DNA from: an uncultured bacterium
GTDB taxonomy: Bacteria; Vulcanimicrobiota; Xenobia; Xenobiales; Xenobiaceae
Assembly (NCBI GenBank): GCA_900313515.1
Contig: OMRK01000132.1
Location: forward strand, 1 to 36,933
DNA: 36,933 nucleotides
Direction of reading: 5' to 3'
The position numbers and the translations under genes were made by a program. Position 1 is the stretch's first letter. Each line of letters opens with the position of its first letter. Below the pieces are notes generated by a model. That model was not told the origin of the DNA and made no database searches. It saw only the letters and a program-made list of their open reading frames with translations. This document shows positions 1-9,411 of this stretch, one piece after another.

Positions 1-998
1 CACCAGGCCAAATAAATTACCAAGGCCCAAAACACCAGCGAGTACCCCTGGCAGACCTCATTCTCCAACTTAACGCGCCACATACTGAAATCATTAAGCC
101 TAAAAAACCACCCCAAGGTAAAGTTGCCAGCCCCCATGTTGATCACATCGCTGAGCTGGGGTAACCCCAGATTAACTATTTCCCACTCACGCATGCCGCA
201 ACGCTGCGCCACCGGCCAATACAGAGATAACAATGGCCACAAGGCGAGACAAAAAACGGCAACATAAACCAGCGCTTCGGCAATATGTGCACAAAAAAAG
301 CGACCAATCTTCCTAAAATCGACGTTATTTTCAAAATATACGGATATGGCCAAACAAACCAGCCAGACAACCACGAAGAGAACGGCAAAATAAAAGACAT
401 ACCACCCGGAGTAAGCTGTAAGAGCAAGTACGAGCACGCTAGCAATTCCTAAAGCTATGCGCAAAAGAACTCGGTGTTCTTGAACGGCCCAGGCCGCCAG
501 GACTAAAAAAACAGGTAGAAGGCTTAAGGCCATAATTTGCATGCGGCTGTAGGAAAGTATCAGGGCAAAGCCGTTAGCCCAGAAAAAAGCCGACGCACCT
601 AAAAAAGCAGCCTTTCTTTCCAATTTGAGAAAACAGCCTAAAAAAATGAACAGAGCAAGGCAACCGACAGCATGCCAAACCACCATGGTGATCTTGTAAG
701 CAGAAAACATGTCGAAATTGAGCAGCCGCAACGGCACATAAAGAATGGCCTGCCCCAGAAAAGTATCGGTGTATCCTAACGTTCCAGAAAAAGGGTAGAA
801 TTCCGAAAGGGTATCCCAGGGCTCCCGGCCTTGAAAGACATGCAACCAATGTTCCAAAATTAACTGATAGAGGCGCGCATCCCCACCATCTCCCAGCATA
901 GCCCCGGGTGTGAAAAGATCTCTAAAAAAGAACAGCTCACCTAAAACTATTAAAAGAATCCAGCCGAAACTAGAGGCTAGTCTGCTGCAGGTCTTCAA
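1..998 (-). CDS. Polytopic integral membrane protein, partial (C-terminus lies beyond the window start); possibly a GT-C-type glycosyltransferase-like protein
   Basis: Not in the supplied ORF track. In the frame of TTG 998-996 (minus strand) there is no in-frame TTA/CTA/TCA triplet on the plus strand from 998 down to position 3, giving at least 332 open codons that run off the window. An in-frame TAA at 1004-1002 bounds it upstream, and GGAAGGG lies 8 nt upstream of the TTG. The translation LKTCSRLASSFGWILLIVLGELFFFRDLFTPGAMLGDGGDARLYQLILEHW... continues as successive hydrophobic helices. The listed ORFs 176..445 and 574..849 are in the other two frames. The functional call is weak. Confidence 0.7.
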   Translation of the reverse strand, partial: MKTCSRLASSFGWILLIVLGELFFFRDLFTPGAMLGDGGDARLYQLILEHWLHVFQGREPWDTLSEFYPFSGTLGYTDTFLGQAILYVPLRLLNFDMFSAYKITMVVWHAVGCLALFIFLGCFLKLERKAAFLGASAFFWANGFALILSYSRMQIMALSLLPVFLVLAAWAVQEHRVLLRIALGIASVLVLALTAYSGWYVFYFAVLFVVVWLVCLAISVYFENNVDFRKIGRFFCAHIAEALVYVAVFCLALWPLLSLYWPVAQRCGMREWEIVNLGLPQLSDVINMGAGNFTLGWFFRLNDFSMWRVKLENEVCQGYSLVFWALVIYLAW

Positions 999-1014
999 GG
1001 CTTAAACCCTTCCG

Positions 1015-2379
1015 CTAGAGCACAAAATAGGGCTCAAATCGGGCGTAATTAGCCTCACCTACCCCTATAACCTGTTTAAGCTGTTCCTTGGAAGTAAACT
1101 TTCCATCCGGCAAAGAGGAGCGAAAATCAACTATAGACTTGGAGATAGAAGGACCTATGCCAGGCACCCTCTGCATTTCTTCTTCGGTGGCCAAATTGAG
1201 GTTTAAAGTAAACTCCACCCCGCCTGCTTCTTGAGCAGCATTTTCACCACTCGCTGCTCCACCGCCAGATTGAACCTCACCATTTCCTCCGGCACTACCA
1301 ACGCCTACTCCATCAGCTGAGCCGCCGTTTGCAGCGCTGGCTCTCTTGGCTGAACGACCAGCCCGCCGGCCACCCCGAGGAGGAACTACTTCGGAATAAC
1401 CTCGATCCACCACACCGGAGCTACTCACTATTCTGGTCTCGGTAAGGTTAACATCACTATCCGCTTCCGTACCGTTCTTGGAAGCAACAAAGATTTTATC
1501 TTCATCCTTAACACGCTTGGCTAAATTAACACGCAAGGGATCGGCATCCTGGGTCATACCGCCGGCCGCCTCAATGGCATCGTTCACCCTGGATTCGAAA
1601 GGCAATGAAACCATGCCCGGCTTCTTAACTGCGCCCACTACATAAACCTTGATAGTGCCGGGTTGGCCCCTGTACTCGTCTAAGTTGCTCCTGTTGGTTT
1701 CGATAACTTCCAACCCACCAGAATTACCGGAATCGAGAGCGGCTCCTCCACCAGACCATGATTTGGCACCATCCAAACCAGGAGAAGCCGTACCGGAAGC
1801 AACTGTCTTACCATTTTTGCCCGCCTTATCCGGTTCTTGCTCGTTTAAAGGCGAATAAATGTAAGTAATAAGGATAGCCCCTATCAAGAAACAGAGTATA
1901 CCCAAGCCGACGATAAAATGATTGGCTTCCTTGCTCAGCGCACCGCCCTCACCACCGGAATCGGAGCCATCTCCATCGGCGCGCTGCTTATCTCGGCTAC
2001 CCTCGCGGCTGGAGCGAGTACTGGAAGAACTACTATTGTCCCCACCCTTCACAGAGCTGCGATGCGAGGAAGAGCTGGATGAATTCGAAGAGCCATCGGA
2101 AGCAGCAACCGACTTAATCAGATCCTGCTGGCTGGGTACAAATCGATCCTTGGTCCCCTCCCCAGCGACTGACTCGGCCGATTTTTCCTTAATGGGAATG
2201 GGAATGAAGCTACCGCTGGTGCTACCCTCACTCCAAGAGCGGGTATGCACCTCCTCGTCGGGGGTCATCTGACTGAGCAACTTCTGGACGTTCGGATTGC
2301 CAAACCTGGCATTGGCGTCACTGCCCTGCCCAAAATTCTCTTCCAAATTTCTTTTATAGCTCTCGTTCAACTTAACCAT
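1015..2379 (-). CDS. comEA: ComEA-like DNA-binding protein: long Ser/Gly/Asp-rich N-terminal region, one TM helix, SLBB-type domain, C-terminal tandem helix-hairpin-helix
   Basis: The ORF is 1015..2400 with TTG at 2400. I prefer ATG 2379 (MVKLNESYK...), which has GGGAGG about 12 nt upstream. TM segment FIVGLGILCFLIGAILITYIY. IKVYVVGAVKKPGMVSLPFESRVNDAIEAAGG matches the ComEA/SLBB block. The C-terminal EEEMQRVPGIGPSISKSIVDF...LKQVIGVGEANYARF is a (HhH)2 motif. Confidence 0.8.
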   Translation of the reverse strand: MVKLNESYKRNLEENFGQGSDANARFGNPNVQKLLSQMTPDEEVHTRSWSEGSTSGSFIPIPIKEKSAESVAGEGTKDRFVPSQQDLIKSVAASDGSSNSSSSSSHRSSVKGGDNSSSSSTRSSREGSRDKQRADGDGSDSGGEGGALSKEANHFIVGLGILCFLIGAILITYIYSPLNEQEPDKAGKNGKTVASGTASPGLDGAKSWSGGGAALDSGNSGGLEVIETNRSNLDEYRGQPGTIKVYVVGAVKKPGMVSLPFESRVNDAIEAAGGMTQDADPLRVNLAKRVKDEDKIFVASKNGTEADSDVNLTETRIVSSSGVVDRGYSEVVPPRGGRRAGRSAKRASAANGGSADGVGVGSAGGNGEVQSGGGAASGENAAQEAGGVEFTLNLNLATEEEMQRVPGIGPSISKSIVDFRSSLPDGKFTSKEQLKQVIGVGEANYARFEPYFVL

Positions 2380-2616
2380 ATCACCACAAGACCTCCCCAA
2401 GATATCCTATTGACGACAAATTAAGGATGCAGCTCCCCCCTCTTGGCTGTATAAAAACACGAGAGCTAAAGCATCCTAAAAAAACGTGACGGCACTACCT
2501 TCCAGATTCCCGCGAGAATGGCCAGAGATTCGCCGCTTCGTAAACACGCAATCTTACCATTTCCAAGCCTTCTCTGCAGAAAAAACCGAAAACTTCAACC
2601 GTTTTCAAACCAAGGC

Positions 2617-3618
2617 TCACACCACCTTCATACCTTCAGTGTCGATGGTCGCCTCCAAAATTTCCGCACCTCGGTTGCGCAGAGCCTCCAGCACTTGGGC
2701 ACGCTTATCTGGTGCACAAAGGGTTAGCATACAACCACCGCCACCGGCGCCGCAAATTTTAGAAGCCAAAGCTCCGGCGTTCTTGGCCGCCAAAACCATA
2801 GCATCGATACGCTCATTAGTAACCCCTTCGGCCAAGCCACGCCGATTCTGCCACTCGCGATCCAAGGCCGCGGCCACTCGGTTCATGTCCTCACAGATCA
2901 GAGCATCCCACATCTGGTGAGCAGTATCCTCTATGGCCTCCATACGCTTGACGGTATCCCCCTCGTTGTCTACGTAACGCTTGAGCATGTTCCAGTTACT
3001 GGTACCAGAGAAATGACTCTGTCCAGTAAAAGAAATAATCATGAACTCAGTAAGCTGACGGAAGAAATCCGGCGAAGAATAAAGGGTACGAATATTGTGC
3101 CCGTCCACTTTAAATTCCAGCCCATTCACTCCACCCAGGCAGGCACCATAGTAATCCTGGTAGCCAGTGGGGATGCGCAAGTTCTGAGCCTCCAAGCTAG
3201 CTCCGTACATGATTATGTCATGAATGGAATCCTCGCGTTCGGAAAAAAGACCGAGGGCTCTAGACATAGACATAAGCAAGCTCGACGAAGCCCCCAAACC
3301 GGACCCTTTTGGAGCCTGGCTTCTGGTGCGCAGTTCCAAACCACCTTGGGGTGCATAAAATTTCACTGCCCTAACCAGAAGATCCAGAGAACCGCCCAGG
3401 GGCAGTTCGGCAGTATTTTCCGCTTCCAAGGTTTCATTGAGATCCTCAGATATGAGCCTAACCCGGTTGCCTTCTATGGGGGTAACCTTGGCCTGTGAAC
3501 AAATGGTGATGGAAGCAGTTACCGTCAAGGGCCGTTCCAAAAAAAGGTACAGAGGATGCAGATCTAGGGTTCCCCCTGCTAAATCTATGCGCATGGGGGC
3601 AGTGACCGTAATACTCAT
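2617..3618 (-). CDS. GHMP-family kinase (sugar / sugar-phosphate kinase-like branch)
   Basis: N-terminal MRIDLAGGTLD, motif II PKGSGLGASSSL and motif III KICGAGGGGC are the three GHMP kinase signatures. ATG 3618 lies 12 nt after the upstream gene's stop, with AAGGGA 8 nt upstream. Confidence 0.85.
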   Translation of the reverse strand: MSITVTAPMRIDLAGGTLDLHPLYLFLERPLTVTASITICSQAKVTPIEGNRVRLISEDLNETLEAENTAELPLGGSLDLLVRAVKFYAPQGGLELRTRSQAPKGSGLGASSSLLMSMSRALGLFSEREDSIHDIIMYGASLEAQNLRIPTGYQDYYGACLGGVNGLEFKVDGHNIRTLYSSPDFFRQLTEFMIISFTGQSHFSGTSNWNMLKRYVDNEGDTVKRMEAIEDTAHQMWDALICEDMNRVAAALDREWQNRRGLAEGVTNERIDAMVLAAKNAGALASKICGAGGGGCMLTLCAPDKRAQVLEALRNRGAEILEATIDTEGMKVV

Positions 3619-3630
3619 AAATTAATCCCT

Positions 3631-5025
3631 TCAGTCGATCATAAAGCAGGGCAAAGAACCACCGCCGGAGGTTACGTTGCAGAGCGAAGAGAGAGATAAC
3701 CTGGCAGTAGCGCCGGACATGTGGTAGTTGAACACGTAAGGATCCAAATCTACTATGTACTCGCCCCACTCCAAGCCATTCTCAGAGCTCCAAGAGGGGA
3801 ACAACTCACGAGTGACGGGAATGCGCTCCTGCACCAGGTAATCGTGCCCCAGGGCAGCATCCATGGAACGCTCCCAATCGTTCTCTTTCTGCTCCCAGCC
3901 GAAATAAATGCCATGGCCGCCGTAAGAATCGTTAGGCTTTAAGACCAGCTCATTGCGGTGCTTGCGCACGTAATTTAGCAGCTCAACTTCATTGCCGCTG
4001 GGATCAGTTGTCCTAATGTCAGCAAAACGGCGAGTCCAAGAGATCGAGGACTTTATAGCCTGGGTCTGCTCAGTGGTCAAGCGCTCCTGATACTTAGGAT
4101 CAGTCAGTAAAGCAAATATGGATTTTTTGTGGAGAATCTTGGAGCGGAAGGAATTTACCATGCAAATATTGCCATCCTTTACAGCCTGGTACATGGGCCT
4201 GGCCTCGTCCATCTTCTCTATAAACTCGTTGGTCAGAACCCGGCGGTAAAGCACATCGATATTCTCACCTTCAAAGCTCAAATGCTCACCATCGTACTCC
4301 AAGCTACGGTGATCGGTAACTACAGTTTTGCAACCGTGCGCGTCAAAATACTCCCCAAGCATATAAAACTCGTGATGAGTTGGAACCCCGGCAAAGTCAA
4401 CTATTGCAATAGTAGGTTTGCGATTGCTGTTGTTGCTCCACTCCCTCCAACACTCCAAAATGGTTTCCAAAAGCACTTTGGAAAGGTCGAAGGGCACAAT
4501 GTTATTCTCTTGAGCAAACTCACGGAACTCGGGACGACGCATAAAAATTGCGCTCATAGCGTCGGTGTATCCTATGCCAGCCGGGCTTTCAGCGTTATAT
4601 TCCACAAAGTTGCACGAACCGCCATTTAGAAAACTGTCAAAACGGGCAGTGGTGGAAATCCCTTTATATCCAGGGTCAAAGGAGATAAGCTCGCGCTCAA
4701 TGTCTGTGAGCCCTAAAAAATCCTGCAATGACCTATCGTGCAACACATACTCCACCATTATCTGCATGGCAGTAGCTACAGCATGTACACGTTCACGCAA
4801 TAGCTCGAACTGGGCCCGCGTAACAAAGCTAGGACGCAGAAATGGGCACACAACACGATCGCCGTACATAACCTTGTGCTTGACCATTTCGTCATGTAAT
4901 TTACGGGCGAAACCGCCTAAATCTATATGCTCCAACATTGCGTGGTAGCTGGCTATGCACTGACGCCGCTTAGACTCACCAGCCATAGCGGCCTTGGTCA
5001 GATTGGATTCATGTTCCACCAACAT
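3631..5025 (-). CDS. ATP-grasp superfamily amidoligase-like protein (circularly permuted type 2 / glutathionylspermidine-synthase-like)
   Basis: 464-aa ORF with AGGAG 9 nt upstream of ATG 5025. ARFDSFLNGGSCNFVEYNAESPAGIGY resembles the R-x-D...E-x-N-x-x-x-P-(S/A)-G-x-x-Y block of circularly permuted ATP-grasp proteins. This is recognised from memory, not searched. The CDS call is strong; the family call is moderate. Confidence 0.65.
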   Translation of the reverse strand: MLVEHESNLTKAAMAGESKRRQCIASYHAMLEHIDLGGFARKLHDEMVKHKVMYGDRVVCPFLRPSFVTRAQFELLRERVHAVATAMQIMVEYVLHDRSLQDFLGLTDIERELISFDPGYKGISTTARFDSFLNGGSCNFVEYNAESPAGIGYTDAMSAIFMRRPEFREFAQENNIVPFDLSKVLLETILECWREWSNNSNRKPTIAIVDFAGVPTHHEFYMLGEYFDAHGCKTVVTDHRSLEYDGEHLSFEGENIDVLYRRVLTNEFIEKMDEARPMYQAVKDGNICMVNSFRSKILHKKSIFALLTDPKYQERLTTEQTQAIKSSISWTRRFADIRTTDPSGNEVELLNYVRKHRNELVLKPNDSYGGHGIYFGWEQKENDWERSMDAALGHDYLVQERIPVTRELFPSWSSENGLEWGEYIVDLDPYVFNYHMSGATARLSLSSLCNVTSGGGSLPCFMID

Positions 5026-5078
5026 AAAACAACGCTCCTAAAATTGCAAATTAGAAAGACTTCCCTCAAGCAACAGTG

Positions 5079-8000
5079 CTATTCCTGGCTGTTGGAGGCC
5101 AAAGGGGGCAGATTGAGCTGGCCAGTTAAGACATCCTTTATAGGATAGCCTATCTTGGTCAGGGATTCGGTAATGGCCTTGCGATCATTGGAGAGGCTGA
5201 CCCACTTAGAAATAAGAATGTCAGCGCAAGTTTCATCCTCCATGGCCATAAGTGTGAGCTCGGTAAGGGTATTTAAAGCCGCCGTCCGCTTAGAAGACAG
5301 CCTGCCTCGCATAAGTTCCTCACTGCACTCCCGCACTCCGCGCATACGCTCCATAAAAATGGGGATGCTAGCCAAAAGCTTCAAGGCCGCTTCAGGGTTG
5401 TTCTTTATGGCTTCGACCGCCATACTGATTTTGGCCTCGGATTTTATCTCGATATCATTAATTTCCAGATACTCGACTCTAGCATTGTCGTAATCACCCA
5501 AAGCTAACCAGCACTTAACTGCGAGCAGAAGGGCCTTCTGGTACTTGTAAGGCTTCAGACTCTTGATGCCTCGGCGCACCTTTTTAAGAAGTTTGACCAG
5601 AATTTCTTTCGACTTCGGCTCAGAGGCAAGCTTAGCCAAAGCGCACAGATCGGAGGCACTGCTCAACTCCTCAAGCTCTAACTTCTCCACTTCGCCTATA
5701 ACTTCAGAAATTATGCTCCTGGCGCCCAATTCATCACCACCGCTACGCTTGGCAGAAGCAATAGTGAGCAGAGCTTCACGACGCCGGGCAGCCACTTCTT
5801 CCGAACGCGCCGAACCTTCAGCCTCCTTTAAAACCTGATCGAAGGAAGATACATTACCGCACAAAGATTCATGCACGGCCAACTTGGCCAAAGTGGTGGC
5901 TTGCGAGTAGCCGGAATCCATAGAACGGGCCACTTCTAAGGCCTGATCTTGGGTGCGACGCGCCCAATCGTCCTCACCCATCTTGTACAAATTCCCAGCC
6001 AAAGCTGCAAGGAGGCTGGCTCGCACCCGTTTGTCGGGAATTTCCAAGGCCACCTTTATAGAGGAATCGTAATACTCCAGAGAGCGTTCCTCGCTGTTAT
6101 TGGCGGTGATCCCCATAACCATAGCCGCCTTTGTTTCCGTGTCGACTCGATTCAGGGCGGGCGATTCCCAAGCCTGCAGGGCATGGAAGGCCAGTTCACG
6201 GGCTTTGGCCGGCATACCAATGGAGGCCGCACAACTGGAAAGCAAAGACAAGGCCCCAGCCTGTTCCTCCAGATTGGTAATATGGAAGGCCAGTGCCGCT
6301 GTCTGATTCAAAGTATCCTGCGCGCCCTTGTAATCGCGGGCCTCGTAACGTGCCAAAGAGAGCCACACCCAAGCTCCCACTCGCAATGCAGGATCCTCAA
6401 TGGTCTCAATAACCGCACCCAGGCGCACAAAAACGTCGCGCCAACCCTTGGTGCGAGGAACACCAGTTATAAGGCGAGCAGTGGCAATGATGGCTCGCTG
6501 TCTGAGCACAGGTGAATGCAGAGCGACGATGGTGGTAATCAAGTCTTCAAAGGAAGATATAATCCAGTTCTCCTCACTGTACTTAATAATTTCCACCACG
6601 AGGCGAGAAACGGCCTCCACGCGCTTAGCTTCCTCCTTGTAGGATGCGCCTACAAATTCCAAGGCGGCACGGAAAGCCTGAGATTTATCGCTATCTTCAG
6701 CATTTACGATATCAGCAATCTTCTCGTCCAATCCCTCCAGAGGCTCTGCCTCGATATTCACAGCATTAACCTCGGCAACCAAGGCTCGGCCCAGATCGTA
6801 TTCAGAAGGTTTAGAGCGACGCCAATTGGCGATATCCTCATTCAAACGCTTAATGCAGCGCTCTTTTGCTTCGGGATCGGTCAAATTTTCTGCGCAGCGC
6901 AAGCCCAACTTCAGCACTTCCAGACGCTCATTTTTGGGCAAGCCGTCCATAATACTGAGGCGCCACAGAACAGAAACGCTGTGATGTTGGTTGCGGCAAT
7001 TCAAGAAAATAGGAGCCAAATCGCTTAAGCTTACCACCTGCAGAAGATCAGCCATAACGAAGGCAAAAAGCAAACGATCCTCCCGAATGATGTCGGCGTT
7101 TAAAATGCCGGCCGCTCTACCTACCAAATCCCGAGCGACCTCGGCATGACCTTCACCTAATGCCTGCCAAGCTAAGAGCAACAGAGCCTTGAGGCGAGAA
7201 GCTTCCCTCTGCAGCAACATGGCTCGATCGGCTGCCAAATCAAACTCACCCTCATCGGCTAAGTCATGCAGACCATTCATAACCTCTTTGGCTCTGAGTC
7301 TGGGAATGCGCAAACCGTAACTTACAATGCGCGGAAGATCGCGCTCTTCCAGGGCCGCCCGCAGACAGCGGGAAAGATCGTCAAGCACAGCCCTAAGAGA
7401 GCGAGTGCGAGTCAACTTCGTACGGATAAATGGCCCCTCTCCCAGCCAATGCAGGGTAGAGAAATCACGACGCCTAGAGGTACGGGCAAAGCGATCACAA
7501 TGGTACCCCAGGTAGAACCAGCCGTAGTGATCATCCATCTCATCCCAGGAAGGATAAGAATCGCGGAAGAACGAGATAACTTGTTCGTGCACCTGCACCA
7601 GATCACGGCGGTAACGCTCAGCTATAAGCTGGCTCAAACGCTTGCTGAAGAAGGAAAGGACTTCACCACGATCATCAAATTCACTAGTCTTCCTGTGGTG
7701 CAAAAGTGGACGCAAAAAGGTCAGAACGCGGTCCACACGGCTGGCTGAAAATCCCAGGAAATCGGCAATACTCACCACCGGCAAAGGCTCGCCAGCCTCT
7801 GCGACAAGGCAAGCCACAAAAACTAAGTCATCACGAATTTCAAACGGTGCCTGCTCGTACTGACCTTCCCAAAGCACGGAAAGGGCAGCTTCTAGAGCCC
7901 GCGGCATGCCGCCTACCTCATGGGCCTCCAGCTCTCCGCTGCGGATAGCAGCAAAAATGTGGCGGGCTATCAGGAAATTTCCTTCTGTACCCTCTATAAG

Positions 8001-9077
8001 TGTATTGAGATACTCCTGCGGAGCATCGGGGAACTGCGCAACGGCCCAGGCCTTAAGCTCGGCCCTATTTTCCGGACAACCACTATCCATCCATTCGACT
8101 CGAGCTCCTGAGGCCTCCAGAACATCCAAATGACGGCCCGGCCTGGTGCCTATGACTATAACAACCCCCTCTGGAACATCATCCAAGCCAGCTAAACCAG
8201 AGTCATCAATTAATTCTGTAGCGCGCTCCAAGGAGTCGATGACCACCAGGCGCATCCGGCCATCTGACATAGGCATATAAGTTCGGGCCAAAGAAGCCGC
8301 TTCGTATGGAGAATCAGGAATTTTCAGACCATTTAAATTTAACTGAGAGAGCAAAGCATGCCAGAAGCCTTTGGAAGTGTTAGTGGCCAGCGGACGGCGT
8401 ATTTCCACGTACACGGAGCCTTCGTAGTCCTTGGCCAAGCTCTTCAGGAAAGCGCTCTTGCCCATGCCAGGCTCTGCAGCAAAAACGATAACCCGAGCAC
8501 CCGCCTGACAATCTTGAATAAAACGTTCCTTGAGCCAGCGGCGCTCCAAAAGGTGGTGTGCCAGCTCTTCGGACTTGGGCTGAACCTGAGGAGCAGATTT
8601 CAAGGCAGAAACTAAAGAGCTCCCTTGCTCCACTTCTCGACCGGAAAAGGGAACAGCGGCAGAAACCGATTGCGAGCCAATCTCCCCAGCGACAGAGGCA
8701 ACTGTCTTCTTCGATCGCGCTTTGGCCTCGACCCTGGCTCTAGGCCGCGTTTTTGATTGAGACCTTTGCTTTTCGGCAACCGCCCCCTCCCTTCCGTTCA
8801 GCTCGGCCGCTTCGTGCACACCCGCGCTCTCCTCTTTTCCGGAAGACGCCTCATTTTGCTGAACAGAATCCACTCCAGAAAGATCGGACTGTTTCGAGCC
8901 ATCCGATTCCTCGGCCTTCGGTTTACCTGTTTTCTGGTCAGCTGACTCCTGCAAAACAGATTCCACAGGAGCATCCCCTGCAGAAGCGACACTCTCCACG
9001 CCGCCTACGGCCTCCGTCGCATTGTTACCAGCCATTTCCACAGCCTGAGAATCTTCCGTTACGTTGCTGTTGCTCAT
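5079..9077 (-). CDS. Large STAND/AAA-type P-loop NTPase with a disordered N-terminus and a long C-terminal helical-repeat (TPR-like) region
   Basis: 1332-aa ORF with GAGAGGGAG just upstream of ATG 9077. Walker A is AAEPGMGKSAF (K207 = 8457-8459). Walker B is RLVVIDSLE (D281 = 8235-8237). IVIGTRP and GNFLIARHI follow, as in NACHT/NB-ARC-like STAND modules. Residues 1 to about 170 are acidic/Ser-rich then basic low complexity. The C-terminal roughly 800 aa are Leu/Ala-rich helical repeats. Confidence 0.8.
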   Translation of the reverse strand: MSNSNVTEDSQAVEMAGNNATEAVGGVESVASAGDAPVESVLQESADQKTGKPKAEESDGSKQSDLSGVDSVQQNEASSGKEESAGVHEAAELNGREGAVAEKQRSQSKTRPRARVEAKARSKKTVASVAGEIGSQSVSAAVPFSGREVEQGSSLVSALKSAPQVQPKSEELAHHLLERRWLKERFIQDCQAGARVIVFAAEPGMGKSAFLKSLAKDYEGSVYVEIRRPLATNTSKGFWHALLSQLNLNGLKIPDSPYEAASLARTYMPMSDGRMRLVVIDSLERATELIDDSGLAGLDDVPEGVVIVIGTRPGRHLDVLEASGARVEWMDSGCPENRAELKAWAVAQFPDAPQEYLNTLIEGTEGNFLIARHIFAAIRSGELEAHEVGGMPRALEAALSVLWEGQYEQAPFEIRDDLVFVACLVAEAGEPLPVVSIADFLGFSASRVDRVLTFLRPLLHHRKTSEFDDRGEVLSFFSKRLSQLIAERYRRDLVQVHEQVISFFRDSYPSWDEMDDHYGWFYLGYHCDRFARTSRRRDFSTLHWLGEGPFIRTKLTRTRSLRAVLDDLSRCLRAALEERDLPRIVSYGLRIPRLRAKEVMNGLHDLADEGEFDLAADRAMLLQREASRLKALLLLAWQALGEGHAEVARDLVGRAAGILNADIIREDRLLFAFVMADLLQVVSLSDLAPIFLNCRNQHHSVSVLWRLSIMDGLPKNERLEVLKLGLRCAENLTDPEAKERCIKRLNEDIANWRRSKPSEYDLGRALVAEVNAVNIEAEPLEGLDEKIADIVNAEDSDKSQAFRAALEFVGASYKEEAKRVEAVSRLVVEIIKYSEENWIISSFEDLITTIVALHSPVLRQRAIIATARLITGVPRTKGWRDVFVRLGAVIETIEDPALRVGAWVWLSLARYEARDYKGAQDTLNQTAALAFHITNLEEQAGALSLLSSCAASIGMPAKARELAFHALQAWESPALNRVDTETKAAMVMGITANNSEERSLEYYDSSIKVALEIPDKRVRASLLAALAGNLYKMGEDDWARRTQDQALEVARSMDSGYSQATTLAKLAVHESLCGNVSSFDQVLKEAEGSARSEEVAARRREALLTIASAKRSGGDELGARSIISEVIGEVEKLELEELSSASDLCALAKLASEPKSKEILVKLLKKVRRGIKSLKPYKYQKALLLAVKCWLALGDYDNARVEYLEINDIEIKSEAKISMAVEAIKNNPEAALKLLASIPIFMERMRGVRECSEELMRGRLSSKRTAALNTLTELTLMAMEDETCADILISKWVSLSNDRKAITESLTKIGYPIKDVLTGQLNLPPLASNSQE

Positions 9078-9411
9078 GCCACTCCCTCTCGATAAAGCTT
9101 AACGCTACCCAAGAAAAAAACTGCTCCAAAACCTCGTTCTCGCTTCGCTGTCTTCGCTTATCGCACCTGCCTTAATATGCGCAACAGGTGTTAGTTGCCA
9201 CACATGTATGCCCCTCTTTTAAGCCACTCCTATCCTGCATTTTGCTCAATTTGCTTTCCTGGCTCTGCAGGCAGCCAGCCTAAAAATGGCGAAGTTGTCG
9301 CGGTTGGTTTTTAGACTAGCTTTTGAGGGTCGGTATCGGCTTTTTTTTTCAACAAATGGCTGTACAGCCCTCGGGGTTCCCTACTTCAAGAAGAAAGGTG
9401 TTTTTAGTTCC

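Noticed and set aside
176-849. Track ORFs 176..445 and 574..849 (minus strand)
   Set aside because: Both are out of frame with the continuous 332-codon open frame that spans the whole region. That single long membrane-protein frame explains the region better.
5155-9175. Many plus-strand ORFs of 60-190 aa (for example 5949..6515, 6516..7028, 7266..7748, 8753..9175) antisense to the STAND NTPase gene
   Set aside because: They tile the opposite strand of a 4-kb gene that has clear P-loop motifs. Their translations are low-complexity (Arg/Ser/Pro/Gln-rich) with no motifs or SD sequences. These are typical shadow ORFs caused by codon bias of the real gene.
9286-9411. N-terminal 42-codon extension of the nupC ORF (MAKLSRLVFRLAFEGRYRLFFSTNG...)
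   Set aside because: The family-typical N-terminus begins at ATG 9412 with an SD. The extension contains a T9 run and palindromes (GGCTGTACAGCC at 9358-9369) and looks like a 5' leader rather than coding sequence.
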